Origin: Clostridium sp.
GTDB lineage: Bacteria > Bacillota > Clostridia > Clostridiales > Clostridiaceae
Assembly (NCBI RefSeq): GCF_051650885.1
Contig: NZ_JBOFRG010000212.1
Span: 1 to 32,000, forward strand
Direction: 5' to 3'
DNA: 32,000 nucleotides
Numbering within the stretch: the first letter of the stretch is position 1; every line of letters begins with the position of its first letter. Position numbers and translations under genes: made by a program. Under the pieces are notes generated by a model. That model was given only the letters and a program-made list of their open reading frames with translations, had not been told where the DNA came from and did no database searches. Of this stretch, positions 1 through 8,893 are shown piece by piece.

Positions 1-557
1 ACCAGTTAAGTAAAATAGCACCAACAGTTATGGTTAAATTAGATGCTTTAGATTGGAAAGAAGATGTTAAGTCTTTAGGAAAATTATTTAATAGAGAAGA
101 AAAAGCAGATGAATGGTTAAAGTCTTATGAGGAAAATGCAAAGAAGAAAGGTGATGAAATAAAGAAAGAGTATGGAAAAGATACTACATATCTTTCATTC
201 TTAGCAAGTGGAGGACAGTTCTTTGTTTTTGATGGAGCAGGATTTGGAGAAGTTTTATACGAAGATATGGGACTAGCTAAACCAAAGGGAATGCCAAAGC
301 AAACTGATATAAGCTTACCAGTTGTAACTTATGAAGGACTTGCAGCTATAAAGTCAGATTATATTTTCTTAATAGGAACTGATGAAGATATAAAAACTCT
401 TGAAAAAAATAGTGTATGGAAAAGCTTACCTCCAGTTAAAGAAGGTAAAGTTGTAGTTTTAAATTCATCACCATACTTTAATCAAGGATATAGTCCAATA
501 GGAAGAGAATTATTAGTAAATGAAATAGGTGAAATGTTAAATGGAACAAAAAAGTAA
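1..557 (+). CDS. ABC transporter substrate-binding protein, Fe-siderophore/FhuD-FeuA type, C-terminal part (5' end lies outside the window)
   Basis: The reading frame is open from position 3, so the ATG at 30 is internal. It overlaps the start of two FecCD permease genes and an ATPase, the typical binding-protein position. The function comes from operon context and general sequence character only. Confidence 0.65.
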   Translation, partial: QLSKIAPTVMVKLDALDWKEDVKSLGKLFNREEKADEWLKSYEENAKKKGDEIKKEYGKDTTYLSFLASGGQFFVFDGAGFGEVLYEDMGLAKPKGMPKQTDISLPVVTYEGLAAIKSDYIFLIGTDEDIKTLEKNSVWKSLPPVKEGKVVVLNSSPYFNQGYSPIGRELLVNEIGEMLNGTKK

Positions 558-1533
558 GAGAGCAGTAATATTTAGCATAATTGTTATGATACTTCTAGTA
601 ATAGGAGTATCTTTAGCTATAATGCTAGGGGCTGTAAAAATTAATTTAAATGATGTTTATAATGCAATTTTTAATAATGATGGAAGTTTAAATAGTTTAT
701 TGATTAGAGATGTAAGAATACCAAGAGTACTTGCAGTTTTATTTACAGGGGGGATTTTAGGTGTAACAGGTGCAATGCTTCAAGGGGTTACAAGAAATCC
801 AATAGCAGAGCCTTCAATACTTGGGATTAGCCAAGGGGCAACTCTTGTAATAGCAATCTTTTATGCAGCAGGAATAGCTGTAACTACAAAAAATGTAATG
901 ATAGCATCTCTTATTGGAGCTATAGGAACAGGGCTTATAGTGCTTAGCTTTATTTCAAAAAAGGCAAATAATAATTCAATTACAAAAATACTTCTAGCAG
1001 GAACTGCAATGAGTACATTTTTTATATCACTTACAACAATAATAGGATTATTATCAAATCAATCTCAAATGATAGGATTTTTTGTGGCTGGTGGCTTTAG
1101 AAATGCAAGTTATGCAGATGTGATACTTGTTTTAATTATTTCTGTTGTAGGAATTATTTTAGCAATGTGTTTAGCAGGAAAGATAAATATATTAAGTCTT
1201 GGTGATGATGTGGCTATAGGTCTTGGAGAAAATCCTAATAAAATAAGACTTTTAACATTAATGCTTATAATTCCTATGTGTGCAGGGGCTGTTGCTGTTG
1301 GAAAAAATATAGTTTTTGTAGGACTTATAATACCACAAGTAGTAAAGAAAATCTTAGGTGAAGATTATAGATATAATATTCCTTGTTCATTTCTTTTAGG
1401 AGCAACACTTTTAACTTATGCAGATATACTTTCAAGAATGATATTTAGTCCATATGAAACACCAATTGGAATTTTCACAGCTTTAATAGGAGTACCATTT
1501 TTTATAGCAGTAGCTAGGAAGGAGAGAGGGTAA
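541..1533 (+). CDS. FecCD-family ABC permease (iron-siderophore/cobalamin type)
   Basis: 330 aa polytopic membrane protein. It has the family-typical N-terminal 'RIPRVL..GG.LG..GA.LQ...RNP.A.P..LG' and C-terminal 'P.G....IGVPFF' segments. Start and stop overlap the neighbouring genes. Confidence 0.9.
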   Translation: MEQKSKRAVIFSIIVMILLVIGVSLAIMLGAVKINLNDVYNAIFNNDGSLNSLLIRDVRIPRVLAVLFTGGILGVTGAMLQGVTRNPIAEPSILGISQGATLVIAIFYAAGIAVTTKNVMIASLIGAIGTGLIVLSFISKKANNNSITKILLAGTAMSTFFISLTTIIGLLSNQSQMIGFFVAGGFRNASYADVILVLIISVVGIILAMCLAGKINILSLGDDVAIGLGENPNKIRLLTLMLIIPMCAGAVAVGKNIVFVGLIIPQVVKKILGEDYRYNIPCSFLLGATLLTYADILSRMIFSPYETPIGIFTALIGVPFFIAVARKERG

Positions 1534-2540
1534 TGAAGGAAAGAAAGTATAAGATAGTATTAATAACAACTCTTTCTTTATTAGTTATAGGAAGCATCAT
1601 ATCTTTAAGTATGGGAAGTTATAAATTATCAATTAATGAAGTTATAGCAACACTTTTAGGAAATGGGGACAGACTTCAAAATACAGCAGTATTAGATATT
1701 AGACTTCCAAGAATATTAGTTGGAATTTTTGTTGGAATGGCTTTAGGTGTTGCAGGTTCAATGCTTCAAACAGTTACAAAAAATGAGTTAGCTGATACAG
1801 GAATAATTGGTATAAATGCAGGAGCAGCTGTTATGGCAGTGTTGTTTATTACATATAAAACTACAAATTATTATGGTGAACTTGGGGAACTTTCAATATT
1901 TGTATTGCCTTTTGTGGCAACAATAGGAGCTTTTTTAGCAGCTTTTATTATTTACATATTATCAAGTAAAGGTGGAATAAAGCCAAAAAGGCTTTTGCTT
2001 ATAGGAATAGGATTAAATGCAGGATTAAATGCATTTATAAGCTTTATAACCTTTAGAGGTGGAGTTTCTGATTATAATAGAATATTAGTTTGGACATCAG
2101 GAAGTCTCTGGGGTTCAAGTTGGAAGTTTGCAAGAGTAATTATTCCTATTGTAAGTATAGTTATTCTTTTAGTTTTGATAAATCACAAAAGATTAGATGT
2201 TTTAAGTTTTTCTGATGAAACAGCAATTTCTCTTGGGTTAAATATTGAAAGAGAAAGAAAAAAGTTTATAATTTTAGCGGTTATTTTAGCAGGAGTTTCT
2301 ACAGCTTTTGCAGGTAATATTGCATTTTTAGGACTTATAGCACCTCATATTGGAAGAAAGCTTGTGGGAGCATATCATAAGCACTTCATTGTAATTGCAG
2401 GAGTAATAGGTGGGGTGGTAGTTGTAGCTTCAGATATAATTTCAAGAAATTTATTTTCACCTATTGAAATACCAGTTGGAATTATAGTATCAATCTTTGG
2501 AGTACCGTATTTTATTTATTTAATGATGAAGGAGAATTAG
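1533..2540 (+). CDS. FecCD-family ABC permease, second paralog
   Basis: 335 aa with the same FecCD hallmarks (RLPRIL...GMALGVAGSMLQTVTKN...; ...PVGIIVSIFGVPYFIYL). The ATG overlaps the stop of the previous gene (ATGA-type coupling). Confidence 0.9.
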   Translation: MKERKYKIVLITTLSLLVIGSIISLSMGSYKLSINEVIATLLGNGDRLQNTAVLDIRLPRILVGIFVGMALGVAGSMLQTVTKNELADTGIIGINAGAAVMAVLFITYKTTNYYGELGELSIFVLPFVATIGAFLAAFIIYILSSKGGIKPKRLLLIGIGLNAGLNAFISFITFRGGVSDYNRILVWTSGSLWGSSWKFARVIIPIVSIVILLVLINHKRLDVLSFSDETAISLGLNIERERKKFIILAVILAGVSTAFAGNIAFLGLIAPHIGRKLVGAYHKHFIVIAGVIGGVVVVASDIISRNLFSPIEIPVGIIVSIFGVPYFIYLMMKEN

Positions 2541-2543
2541 AAA

Positions 2544-3332
2544 ATGGAAGCTATAAGTGTAAGAAGTTTAACAGTTGGATATGAAGATAATATAATTATT
2601 GATAATATGGATTTAGATATTTTAGAAGGAAAAATAAATATAATAATTGGAGCTAATGGATGCGGGAAATCAACATTATTAAAGACTGTAGCAAGAATTA
2701 ATAAGCCTAAAAATGGGCATATATTTATAAGAGAAAAAAATATAAAAAAGATTAAAGAAAAAGATATTGCAAAGGAAGTAGCATTTCTTCCACAAGGACC
2801 AGTAGCACCAGAAGGCTTAAAGGTAAGAGAGCTTGTAGCCTTTGGAAGATTCCCACATCAAAAAATGATGGGAGGACTTAAAGCACATGATAAGGAGATT
2901 ATTGACTGGGCAATAAAAGAAACAGGACTTGAAGAGTTCTCAGATAGAGAAATAGAGAATTTATCAGGTGGGCAAAGACAAAGAGCGTGGATAGCAATGG
3001 TTTTAGCTCAGGAAACAGATATTATAATGCTAGATGAACCAACTACATATTTAGATATGGCATATCAACTTGAGGTGTTAGAAGTTCTTCAAAAGTTAAA
3101 TAGGGAAAAGAAGATTACAATAGTGATAGTTCTTCATGAACTTAATAATGCATGTAGATTTGCAGACAATATAATTGGTCTAAAAAAGGGAAAAGTTATT
3201 TGCAAAGGGAAACCAAAGGATGTAATTACAAAGAAAAGTTTAAAGAATATTTATGGTGTAGATGCAAGTTTAGAATGGAGTGAAGATGGCGAGTATCCTA
3301 TATGTATGGAATACAATCTTCTTAAGAGATAA
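2544..3332 (+). CDS. ABC transporter ATP-binding protein (FepC/FhuC-like)
   Basis: Walker A GANGCGKST, signature LSGGQRQR, Walker B IIMLDEPT and an H-loop (LHE). It follows the two permeases directly. Confidence 0.92.
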   Translation: MEAISVRSLTVGYEDNIIIDNMDLDILEGKINIIIGANGCGKSTLLKTVARINKPKNGHIFIREKNIKKIKEKDIAKEVAFLPQGPVAPEGLKVRELVAFGRFPHQKMMGGLKAHDKEIIDWAIKETGLEEFSDREIENLSGGQRQRAWIAMVLAQETDIIMLDEPTTYLDMAYQLEVLEVLQKLNREKKITIVIVLHELNNACRFADNIIGLKKGKVICKGKPKDVITKKSLKNIYGVDASLEWSEDGEYPICMEYNLLKR

Positions 3333-3334
3333 AA

Positions 3335-4558
3335 ATGAGAAATAAGAATTTTATAATAATAGTTATAGGGCAAATTATATCTTTATTTGGAAATTCAATT
3401 CAAAGATTTAGCATGTCTTTATACCTGTTAGAGCTTACAGGAAGTGCAGCATCCTTTGCAAAGATACTTGCAATTTCAACTATACCCTATGTACTGTTTG
3501 CACCTATTGCAGGAAAATTATCTGATAGTGTATCTAAGAAAAAGATAATGGTTTATATTGACTTTTTCTTAGCAAGTTTAATTTGTTTATATGCAATGAT
3601 TTTATTTAGTGGAAATGATAGTGAAGTTATAGTTGGAATAGTTATGTTTTTATTAGCAATATGTTATACACTATATGGACCAGCTGTAGTGTCATCAATT
3701 CCAGTTATAGTAGAGGAAGAGAATTTAACAAGAGCTAATGGAATAATAAATGGAGTTAACTCAGTAGTAAATTTTGTAGGTCCAATATTTGCAGGAGTTC
3801 TTTATGGTTTTTTAGGAATAAAAATAATTGTAATTATAAATGGAATTAGCTTTTTAGCATCAGGAATTATGGAATTATTTTTAGATATGGATGAAGTTAT
3901 AGAGAAAAAGGGAAAAGAAGAAAAATTTATTAAAAAATCCTTTATAGATATGAAAGAAAGCTATATATATTTAAGAAGAGAAAAAAAAGCAGTCTTTGGA
4001 ATAATACTATCCTATGGATTATGCAATATATTTCTTGTACCAATATTATCAATAGTTGCACCATATTTTATAAATGTAGTTTTAGGATTAAAGCCAGAAG
4101 TGTATGGAATAGTTGAAGGAATATGTGTTTTAGGAATGATTTTAGGAGGACTTCTCGTTAGTTTAAAACCAAAATTATTTACAATAAAAAAGGTACATTA
4201 TACATACATACCTATGATAATAGGAGTTTTAATAATGTCCACATTAGGAATTATAGATATACATAGATATGTTTTAGCATTACTATTTGGGATAGGTGGA
4301 ATGCTTATAATGTTTTCACTAGCTCTATCAAATGTAGTAACACTAACATTTATACAAAAAGAAGTTGTAATAGGAATGCTTGGAAGAGTATCAGCATTTT
4401 CAACAGCTATTGCAACTATAAGTGTAGCACCAGGTCAAATATTATTCGGACAAGCAATTGAAATAGGAATTCCAATAGAAATTATATTAGGAGTAACTTT
4501 TTTAATAAATATTGGACTTATGCTATTTATTAAATGGAATATTAAGAGAAACTCTTAG
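3335..4558 (+). CDS. MFS transporter (DHA3/EntS-like putative efflux pump)
   Basis: 407 aa with about 12 predicted TM segments. The N-terminal pattern (FIIIVIGQIISLFGNSIQRFSMSLYLL...APIAGKLSD) is typical of MFS_3-type exporters. The ATG lies 2 nt after the ATPase stop, so it is co-transcribed with the importer. Confidence 0.75.
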   Translation: MRNKNFIIIVIGQIISLFGNSIQRFSMSLYLLELTGSAASFAKILAISTIPYVLFAPIAGKLSDSVSKKKIMVYIDFFLASLICLYAMILFSGNDSEVIVGIVMFLLAICYTLYGPAVVSSIPVIVEEENLTRANGIINGVNSVVNFVGPIFAGVLYGFLGIKIIVIINGISFLASGIMELFLDMDEVIEKKGKEEKFIKKSFIDMKESYIYLRREKKAVFGIILSYGLCNIFLVPILSIVAPYFINVVLGLKPEVYGIVEGICVLGMILGGLLVSLKPKLFTIKKVHYTYIPMIIGVLIMSTLGIIDIHRYVLALLFGIGGMLIMFSLALSNVVTLTFIQKEVVIGMLGRVSAFSTAIATISVAPGQILFGQAIEIGIPIEIILGVTFLINIGLMLFIKWNIKRNS

Positions 4559-4608
4559 TAGTGGAAATTGAAGAAACGGGAATAATTTAATATAATTAAG
4601 AGAAGATT

Positions 4609-4642
4609 AAAGTGCTTAGTAGACGATACTATAGCACTTTTT
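4609..4642 (+). terminator. Intrinsic terminator after the ABC/MFS operon
   Basis: AAAGTGCT (4609-4616) pairs with AGCACTTT (4633-4640). An inner TAGTA/TACTA pairing extends the stem, and a T-run follows. Confidence 0.6.
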
Positions 4643-4671
4643 AGTATATAAGAAAAAGGAGTGGAGACAAA

Positions 4672-5643
4672 ATGGTGATAGAGGATAAGATATATGGAAG
4701 ATTTCAAGTTGAAAAGGTTATTGAAGAAATTATCTATACTAGAGAGATTCAAAGATTAAAAGGAATTCATCAAGGTGGAGGAAGTTATTTAGTTAATTCT
4801 AAATGGGATAGTTCAAGATATAGTCATTCTGTGGGAGTTATGCTTTTGATAAGACTTTTAGGTGGAAGTATTGAAGAACAAATTGCAGGACTTTTACATG
4901 ATATTTCTCATACAGCTTTTTCTCATACAGTAGATGTAGCACTTGGAAATAAGGATGAGGATTATCATGAGAAAATATATGAAAAAATTATAGAAGGTTC
5001 TAAGATAAAAGAAATATTAGAAAGATATAATTTAAATTCAGAAGATATACTTTTTAATGAAGAAAAATGGACAATATTAGAGAGGAAAATGCCAGGTCTT
5101 TGTGCAGATAGAGTTGATTATACTTTAAGGGATATGTACACTTATGGATTTATAGAAAAAGAAGAAGTGGAGAGATTTTTACCCTACTTAAAAGTTTGTA
5201 ATGGAGAAATTGTTATTACATCTATTGAAAAAGCAAAGTGGTTTGTAGAAACATATACTAAGGAAGTTGTAGATTTCTTTAGAAGTCCATTAAATGTGTA
5301 TGCAAATGATACTCTTGGGAAAGCTATGAAAATAAGTTTAGATTTAAAGGAAATAACCTTAGAAGATTTAATGAAGGAAGACAAGGATATTTATAGTAAG
5401 CTACAAAATTCAAGTTCAAAAGAAGTGAGGAACTTAATTGAGAGTTTAAATGAAAATATTAAAGTAAAAGAAGATAAAGAAAACTATAATATACATACAA
5501 GGCAAAAAGTAAGAATAGTAGACCCAACAGTAGAAATAGAAGGGGAATTATTTAAAGCATCTGAAAAATCAGAGGAGATAGAAGGAGTAATAGAAAAAAC
5601 ATTAAGGACTGTAGAAGCCGATATTTATATAAAAATATTGTAG
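4672..5643 (+). CDS. HD-domain phosphohydrolase (COG1078/SAMHD1-like architecture)
   Basis: RYSHSVGV...LLHDISHTAFSH (H...HD metal site) and a downstream DRVDYTLRD motif. AAGGAG SD 10 nt upstream of the ATG. Confidence 0.75.
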   Translation: MVIEDKIYGRFQVEKVIEEIIYTREIQRLKGIHQGGGSYLVNSKWDSSRYSHSVGVMLLIRLLGGSIEEQIAGLLHDISHTAFSHTVDVALGNKDEDYHEKIYEKIIEGSKIKEILERYNLNSEDILFNEEKWTILERKMPGLCADRVDYTLRDMYTYGFIEKEEVERFLPYLKVCNGEIVITSIEKAKWFVETYTKEVVDFFRSPLNVYANDTLGKAMKISLDLKEITLEDLMKEDKDIYSKLQNSSSKEVRNLIESLNENIKVKEDKENYNIHTRQKVRIVDPTVEIEGELFKASEKSEEIEGVIEKTLRTVEADIYIKIL

Positions 5644-5656
5644 ATTAAAGTAGAGA

Positions 5657-5685
5657 TTGCAAAGAAATAATGAATATGATATACT
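5657..5685 (+). promoter_or_regulatory. Candidate sigma-A promoter of the T-box leader
   Basis: TTGCAA (5657-5662), a 17-nt spacer, then TATACT (5680-5685) preceded by TGa (extended -10). Confidence 0.45.
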
Positions 5686-5699
5686 AATCTCAAATTAAT

Positions 5700-5967
5700 G
5701 TAAAGGCTATGAAGAGAAGAGTAGTTTTATTTAGAGTTTTAAGAGAGTCTGCATTAGGTGTAAGCAGATAACTAGGATAAAATGAAGCAAGGCTTGGAGC
5801 CTCATACGGATTACAAGAAATTGTATGATGCTATGACGTTTGTCTACGTTATAAGACTAGAGTATATTTGTACTTGATGAGGCTTTTATGGTGACATAAA
5901 AGTGAATTAGGGTGGTACCGCGATTATAGTCGCCCCTTGGAATTAATATTTCAAGGGGTGTTTTTTG
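5700..5967 (+). promoter_or_regulatory. T-box riboswitch leader, Met (AUG) specifier
   Basis: Canonical T-box sequence AATTAGGGTGGTACCGCG at 5905-5922. GA-rich stem I elements (GAAGAGAAGAGTAG 5711-5724, AGAGAG 5742-5747, GGTGTAAGC). Candidate specifier AUG at 5782-5784 followed by a purine. Terminator CCCCTTG (5933-5939)/CAAGGGG (5952-5958) plus TGTTTTTTG. Confidence 0.85.
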
Positions 5968-5984
5968 TGATTTCAAAAAGAATA

Positions 5985-7928
5985 ATGAAGGGAGAACGTC
6001 CAAGTTTTCCTAAAAGAGCGGTAGTTACAGCTGGTATGCCATATGGTAATAAAAATTTACACTTTGGGCATGTTGGTGGAATGTTTGTTCATGCAGACAT
6101 TTATGCAAGATTTTTAAGAGATAGAATAGGAAAAGAAAATGTAATTTTTGTTTCAGGAACAGATTGTTATGGTTCTCCTATATTAGAAAGCTATAGAAAG
6201 CTTAAAGAAGAGGGATTTGAAGGAACTATAGAAGATTACGTTAAAAAGAATCATTTAAGCCAAAAAGCGACTTTAGAAAAATATGAAATTAGTCCAAATC
6301 TTTTTGGTGCATCAGCACTTGGTAGATGTGGAGAAATTCATCAAGAAGTTTCTAACTGGTTATTTGAAGAATTATATAAAGAGGGATACATAAAAGCAGA
6401 ATCAACGCCTCAATTTTATGATGAGGAACTTGATGTATTCTTAAATGGACGTCAAGTTCAAGGGAAGTGTCCTATAATGAACTGTACTTCAGAGCATGCT
6501 TATGCAGATGAATGTTCACTAGGGCATCAATATATGCCAAGCGAACTTATAAATCCAATATCAGTACTTTCAGGAAAAGCTCCAGCTTTTAGAAATGTAA
6601 CTAACTGGTACTTTGGGCTTGATAAATGTATTGATGAACTTAAAGATAGAGTTGATTTATTAAAGAGAAATAGTAATACAAGAAAATATCAACTTAATAT
6701 ATTAGAAGAGTTTTTAAAGAAACCTATGGTTCATGTACCAAGAAAATATATAGAGGACTTAGAAAGCTTAGAAAGTAAATTACCAAAGCATACTACTATT
6801 GATGAAGAAAAGAAAAAATCAATTACTTTTGAATTTGATTCATTAGAAGTAAGAGACGAGGCTAGAAAAGTTTTAGAAGAGCTTGGAATTAACTATACAG
6901 CAGCAAAAACTTTAGTTCCATTTAGATTATCAGGTAATGTTGAGTGGGGAGTTAAAGTTCCAGAAGAAGAGGGATTAAAAGACTTAACATTCTGGGTATG
7001 GCCTGAATCATTATGGGCACCAATTTCATTTACTAAAGCATACTTAGAAGAAAAAGGAAAATCTATTGATGAATGGACTAACTGGTGGTGTGATGATGAA
7101 TCATTAGTTTATCAATTTATTGGAGAAGACAACATCTACTTCTATTCATTAGCTGAAATGGGAATATTCAATGCTTTAAAGGTAGAATTACCACACGTAA
7201 TTCCAAATAGACATATTTTATTTATGGATACAAAAGCTAGTAGTAGTTCAGAAATAAAACCACCTATGGCTGATGAATTATTAGAGCATTATACAGCAGA
7301 GCAATTAAGAATGCACTTTATGGGACTTGGTCTTTCAAATAAAAGTACAGGATTTAAGCCACAAGTATTTATGAAGGAAGAAGAAAAAGTTGGACCAGAT
7401 ATGGTTCTTAAAGATGGAAATCTTTTAACTAACGTTTATAACAGACTTATACGTTCATGTTTCTACACAACTCAAAGTTACTTTGATGGAAAGCTTCCAA
7501 GTGGAGAATTAACAGAAAAGATTAAAAAGATAGTTGAAGAAAAAACATTTGAATATGAAAAGCACATGTATAATCATGATTTCCATAGAATAGCATATGT
7601 TTTAGATGAGCTTATAAGAGAAGTAAACAAATATTGGGCTGGTCAAACAAGAATAGCTGATAAAGATAATAATGAAGAATTAAGAAAACAAGTATTAATA
7701 GATTGTATGTATGCTTGTAAAGTAATAGCTATATTAATCCATCCAATAGCACCAACTGGATGTGAAATGTTCGCTGAATATTTAAATATCTCAGAAGAAA
7801 TTTGGAATTGGGATAATATATTTGCTCCAATAGAATTCTACGTTGGAGATTTATCTAAGCATGAATTAAAATTCTTAGAGCCAAGAGTAGATTTCTTCTC
7901 AAAATTAGAAAGCCAATATAACGGATAA
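5985..7928 (+). CDS. metG: Methionine--tRNA ligase-like class I aminoacyl-tRNA synthetase (divergent)
   Basis: MetRS-like N-terminus MPYGNKNLHFGHVGG (HIGH-type motif HFGH), GTDCYGSPI (compare GTDEHG), and a connective-peptide knuckle remnant (CPIMNCTSEH...DECSLGH). It sits directly behind a T-box with an AUG specifier. The start is set at ATG 5985, because track ORF codons 5937-5984 cover the T-box terminator. GTG 5967 (SD AAGGGG 5953-5958) is an alternative start. Confidence 0.72.
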   Translation: MKGERPSFPKRAVVTAGMPYGNKNLHFGHVGGMFVHADIYARFLRDRIGKENVIFVSGTDCYGSPILESYRKLKEEGFEGTIEDYVKKNHLSQKATLEKYEISPNLFGASALGRCGEIHQEVSNWLFEELYKEGYIKAESTPQFYDEELDVFLNGRQVQGKCPIMNCTSEHAYADECSLGHQYMPSELINPISVLSGKAPAFRNVTNWYFGLDKCIDELKDRVDLLKRNSNTRKYQLNILEEFLKKPMVHVPRKYIEDLESLESKLPKHTTIDEEKKKSITFEFDSLEVRDEARKVLEELGINYTAAKTLVPFRLSGNVEWGVKVPEEEGLKDLTFWVWPESLWAPISFTKAYLEEKGKSIDEWTNWWCDDESLVYQFIGEDNIYFYSLAEMGIFNALKVELPHVIPNRHILFMDTKASSSSEIKPPMADELLEHYTAEQLRMHFMGLGLSNKSTGFKPQVFMKEEEKVGPDMVLKDGNLLTNVYNRLIRSCFYTTQSYFDGKLPSGELTEKIKKIVEEKTFEYEKHMYNHDFHRIAYVLDELIREVNKYWAGQTRIADKDNNEELRKQVLIDCMYACKVIAILIHPIAPTGCEMFAEYLNISEEIWNWDNIFAPIEFYVGDLSKHELKFLEPRVDFFSKLESQYNG

Positions 7929-7933
7929 AAATG

Positions 7934-7968
7934 AAAGCTACCTTCTAACAATTTTAGAAGGTAGCTTT
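7934..7968. terminator. Bidirectional intrinsic terminator between the convergent metG and fic genes
   Basis: Perfect 14-bp stem AAAGCTACCTTCTA (7934-7947)/TAGAAGGTAGCTTT (7955-7968), with an A-run and a T-run on either side. Confidence 0.8.
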
Positions 7969-7972
7969 GTTA

Positions 7973-8701
7973 TTAATTTAATGAGTCTAAGCACTTTAAA
8001 GTATTTACTAATAATTCATTTTTTTCTTCTAGAAAAGTTTGGCAGTTATTTAAAATTTCTTCTAGTGGTTTAAAATTCTTATTGACCTGGCTTTCAGTTA
8101 AAGCTTTTTTATATTCAGTATTAAATTTTTCATCTATAGCAATTAAATCAATATTTGATTCAATACATTGTTTAAGCATTATAAATCTACCTACTCTACC
8201 ATTTCCATCTTGGAATGGATGGATTTGTTCAAAATTGCTATGAAAACGAACTATAGCTTCAAAATCTTTTTTTGACGTATTCCACCAGTTTAATAATTCA
8301 TCCATTTTTAAATCTACTTCCCAAGGACTAGCTAGAACCACAGGAGAACCAGATATCATATTAGGAATCTTTTTCCAGCAACCTGCAAAGCCACGTTCTT
8401 CATCTAAGCTATTTTTCTTTAGTATAGAATGAAATTCTAAGATTAAGTTTTTACTTAAATCTTCATTTAAAGTATCTACAACGAAATCAAATAAAGTTAA
8501 AGAGTTTATTGTTTCAAAAACATCATCTATCTTATGACTTCCTTCTACTATCTGACTTTTTAAATATGTATCTAAATTTTCACGTGTAAAAGTACTACCT
8601 TCAATTTTATTAGAATGATATAAAAACTCTTTTTTAAGCTCATCATAAATTGAATTAGGATATTTTTTTATTTCAATGATTTGATGTGGGTTTAGTTTCA
8701 T
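7973..8701 (-). CDS. Fic-family protein (AMPylase-type, class II with N-terminal inhibitory helix)
   Basis: Canonical Fic active-site motif HPFQDGNGRVGR, and an N-terminal SNKIEG matching the (S/T)xxxE(G/N) autoinhibition motif. SD AAAGGAGA upstream. Confidence 0.85.
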   Translation of the reverse strand: MKLNPHQIIEIKKYPNSIYDELKKEFLYHSNKIEGSTFTRENLDTYLKSQIVEGSHKIDDVFETINSLTLFDFVVDTLNEDLSKNLILEFHSILKKNSLDEERGFAGCWKKIPNMISGSPVVLASPWEVDLKMDELLNWWNTSKKDFEAIVRFHSNFEQIHPFQDGNGRVGRFIMLKQCIESNIDLIAIDEKFNTEYKKALTESQVNKNFKPLEEILNNCQTFLEEKNELLVNTLKCLDSLN

Positions 8702-8833
8702 TTAAAATTAGTCTCCTTTATAAGTATGATAAGTTATATTATAAACATTTTTTATTTCTTAAACAAGGAATTTCTAAAGTTAGGCTTTTAACTAGAAGTT
8801 AAAATTATTTAGTAATTAATAACTTCTATTCAA

Positions 8834-8862
8834 TTGTAAAGAATTGTAACACTTTGTATAAT
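8834..8862 (+). promoter_or_regulatory. Candidate promoter of the XRE/TPR regulator gene
   Basis: TTGTAA (8834-8839), a 17-nt spacer, then TGTATAAT (extended -10, TATAAT 8857-8862). AATTGTAA occurs twice as a direct repeat 11 nt apart (8832-8839, 8843-8850) and overlaps the promoter. Confidence 0.5.
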
Positions 8863-8893
8863 AAAGACATAAAGAAAAGGGGAGAAAAAAATT

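Noticed and set aside
4555-4752. 65-aa minus-strand ORF (similar small antisense ORFs lie at 5184-5384, 8962-9231, 9999-10259, 10215-10412, 16128-16367, 16473-16712, 17038-17283, 18636-18848, 28212-28418, 29315-29587, 29770-29976 and 15308-15526, plus the 83-aa + strand ORF at 23542-23793, antisense to the minus-strand ydjM-like gene)
   Set aside because: All of them overlap well-supported genes on the other strand or in another frame, and none has translation signals.
5937-5984. N-terminal 16 codons of the track ORF for metG
   Set aside because: These codons are the T-box terminator hairpin and U-run. A real start lies downstream, at 5985 or possibly GTG 5967.
8733-8750. GTTATATTATAAAC upstream of fic as a third GntR operator
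   Set aside because: The arms are imperfect (TATAAAC instead of TATAAC), the spacing differs, and the sequence is a plain TA-rich stretch. It could easily occur by chance.
8726-8791. 21-aa plus-strand ORF as a possible signalling peptide for the XRE/TPR regulator
   Set aside because: It has no SD and lies upstream inside the fic promoter and SD region. It shows no signal-peptide-like organisation.
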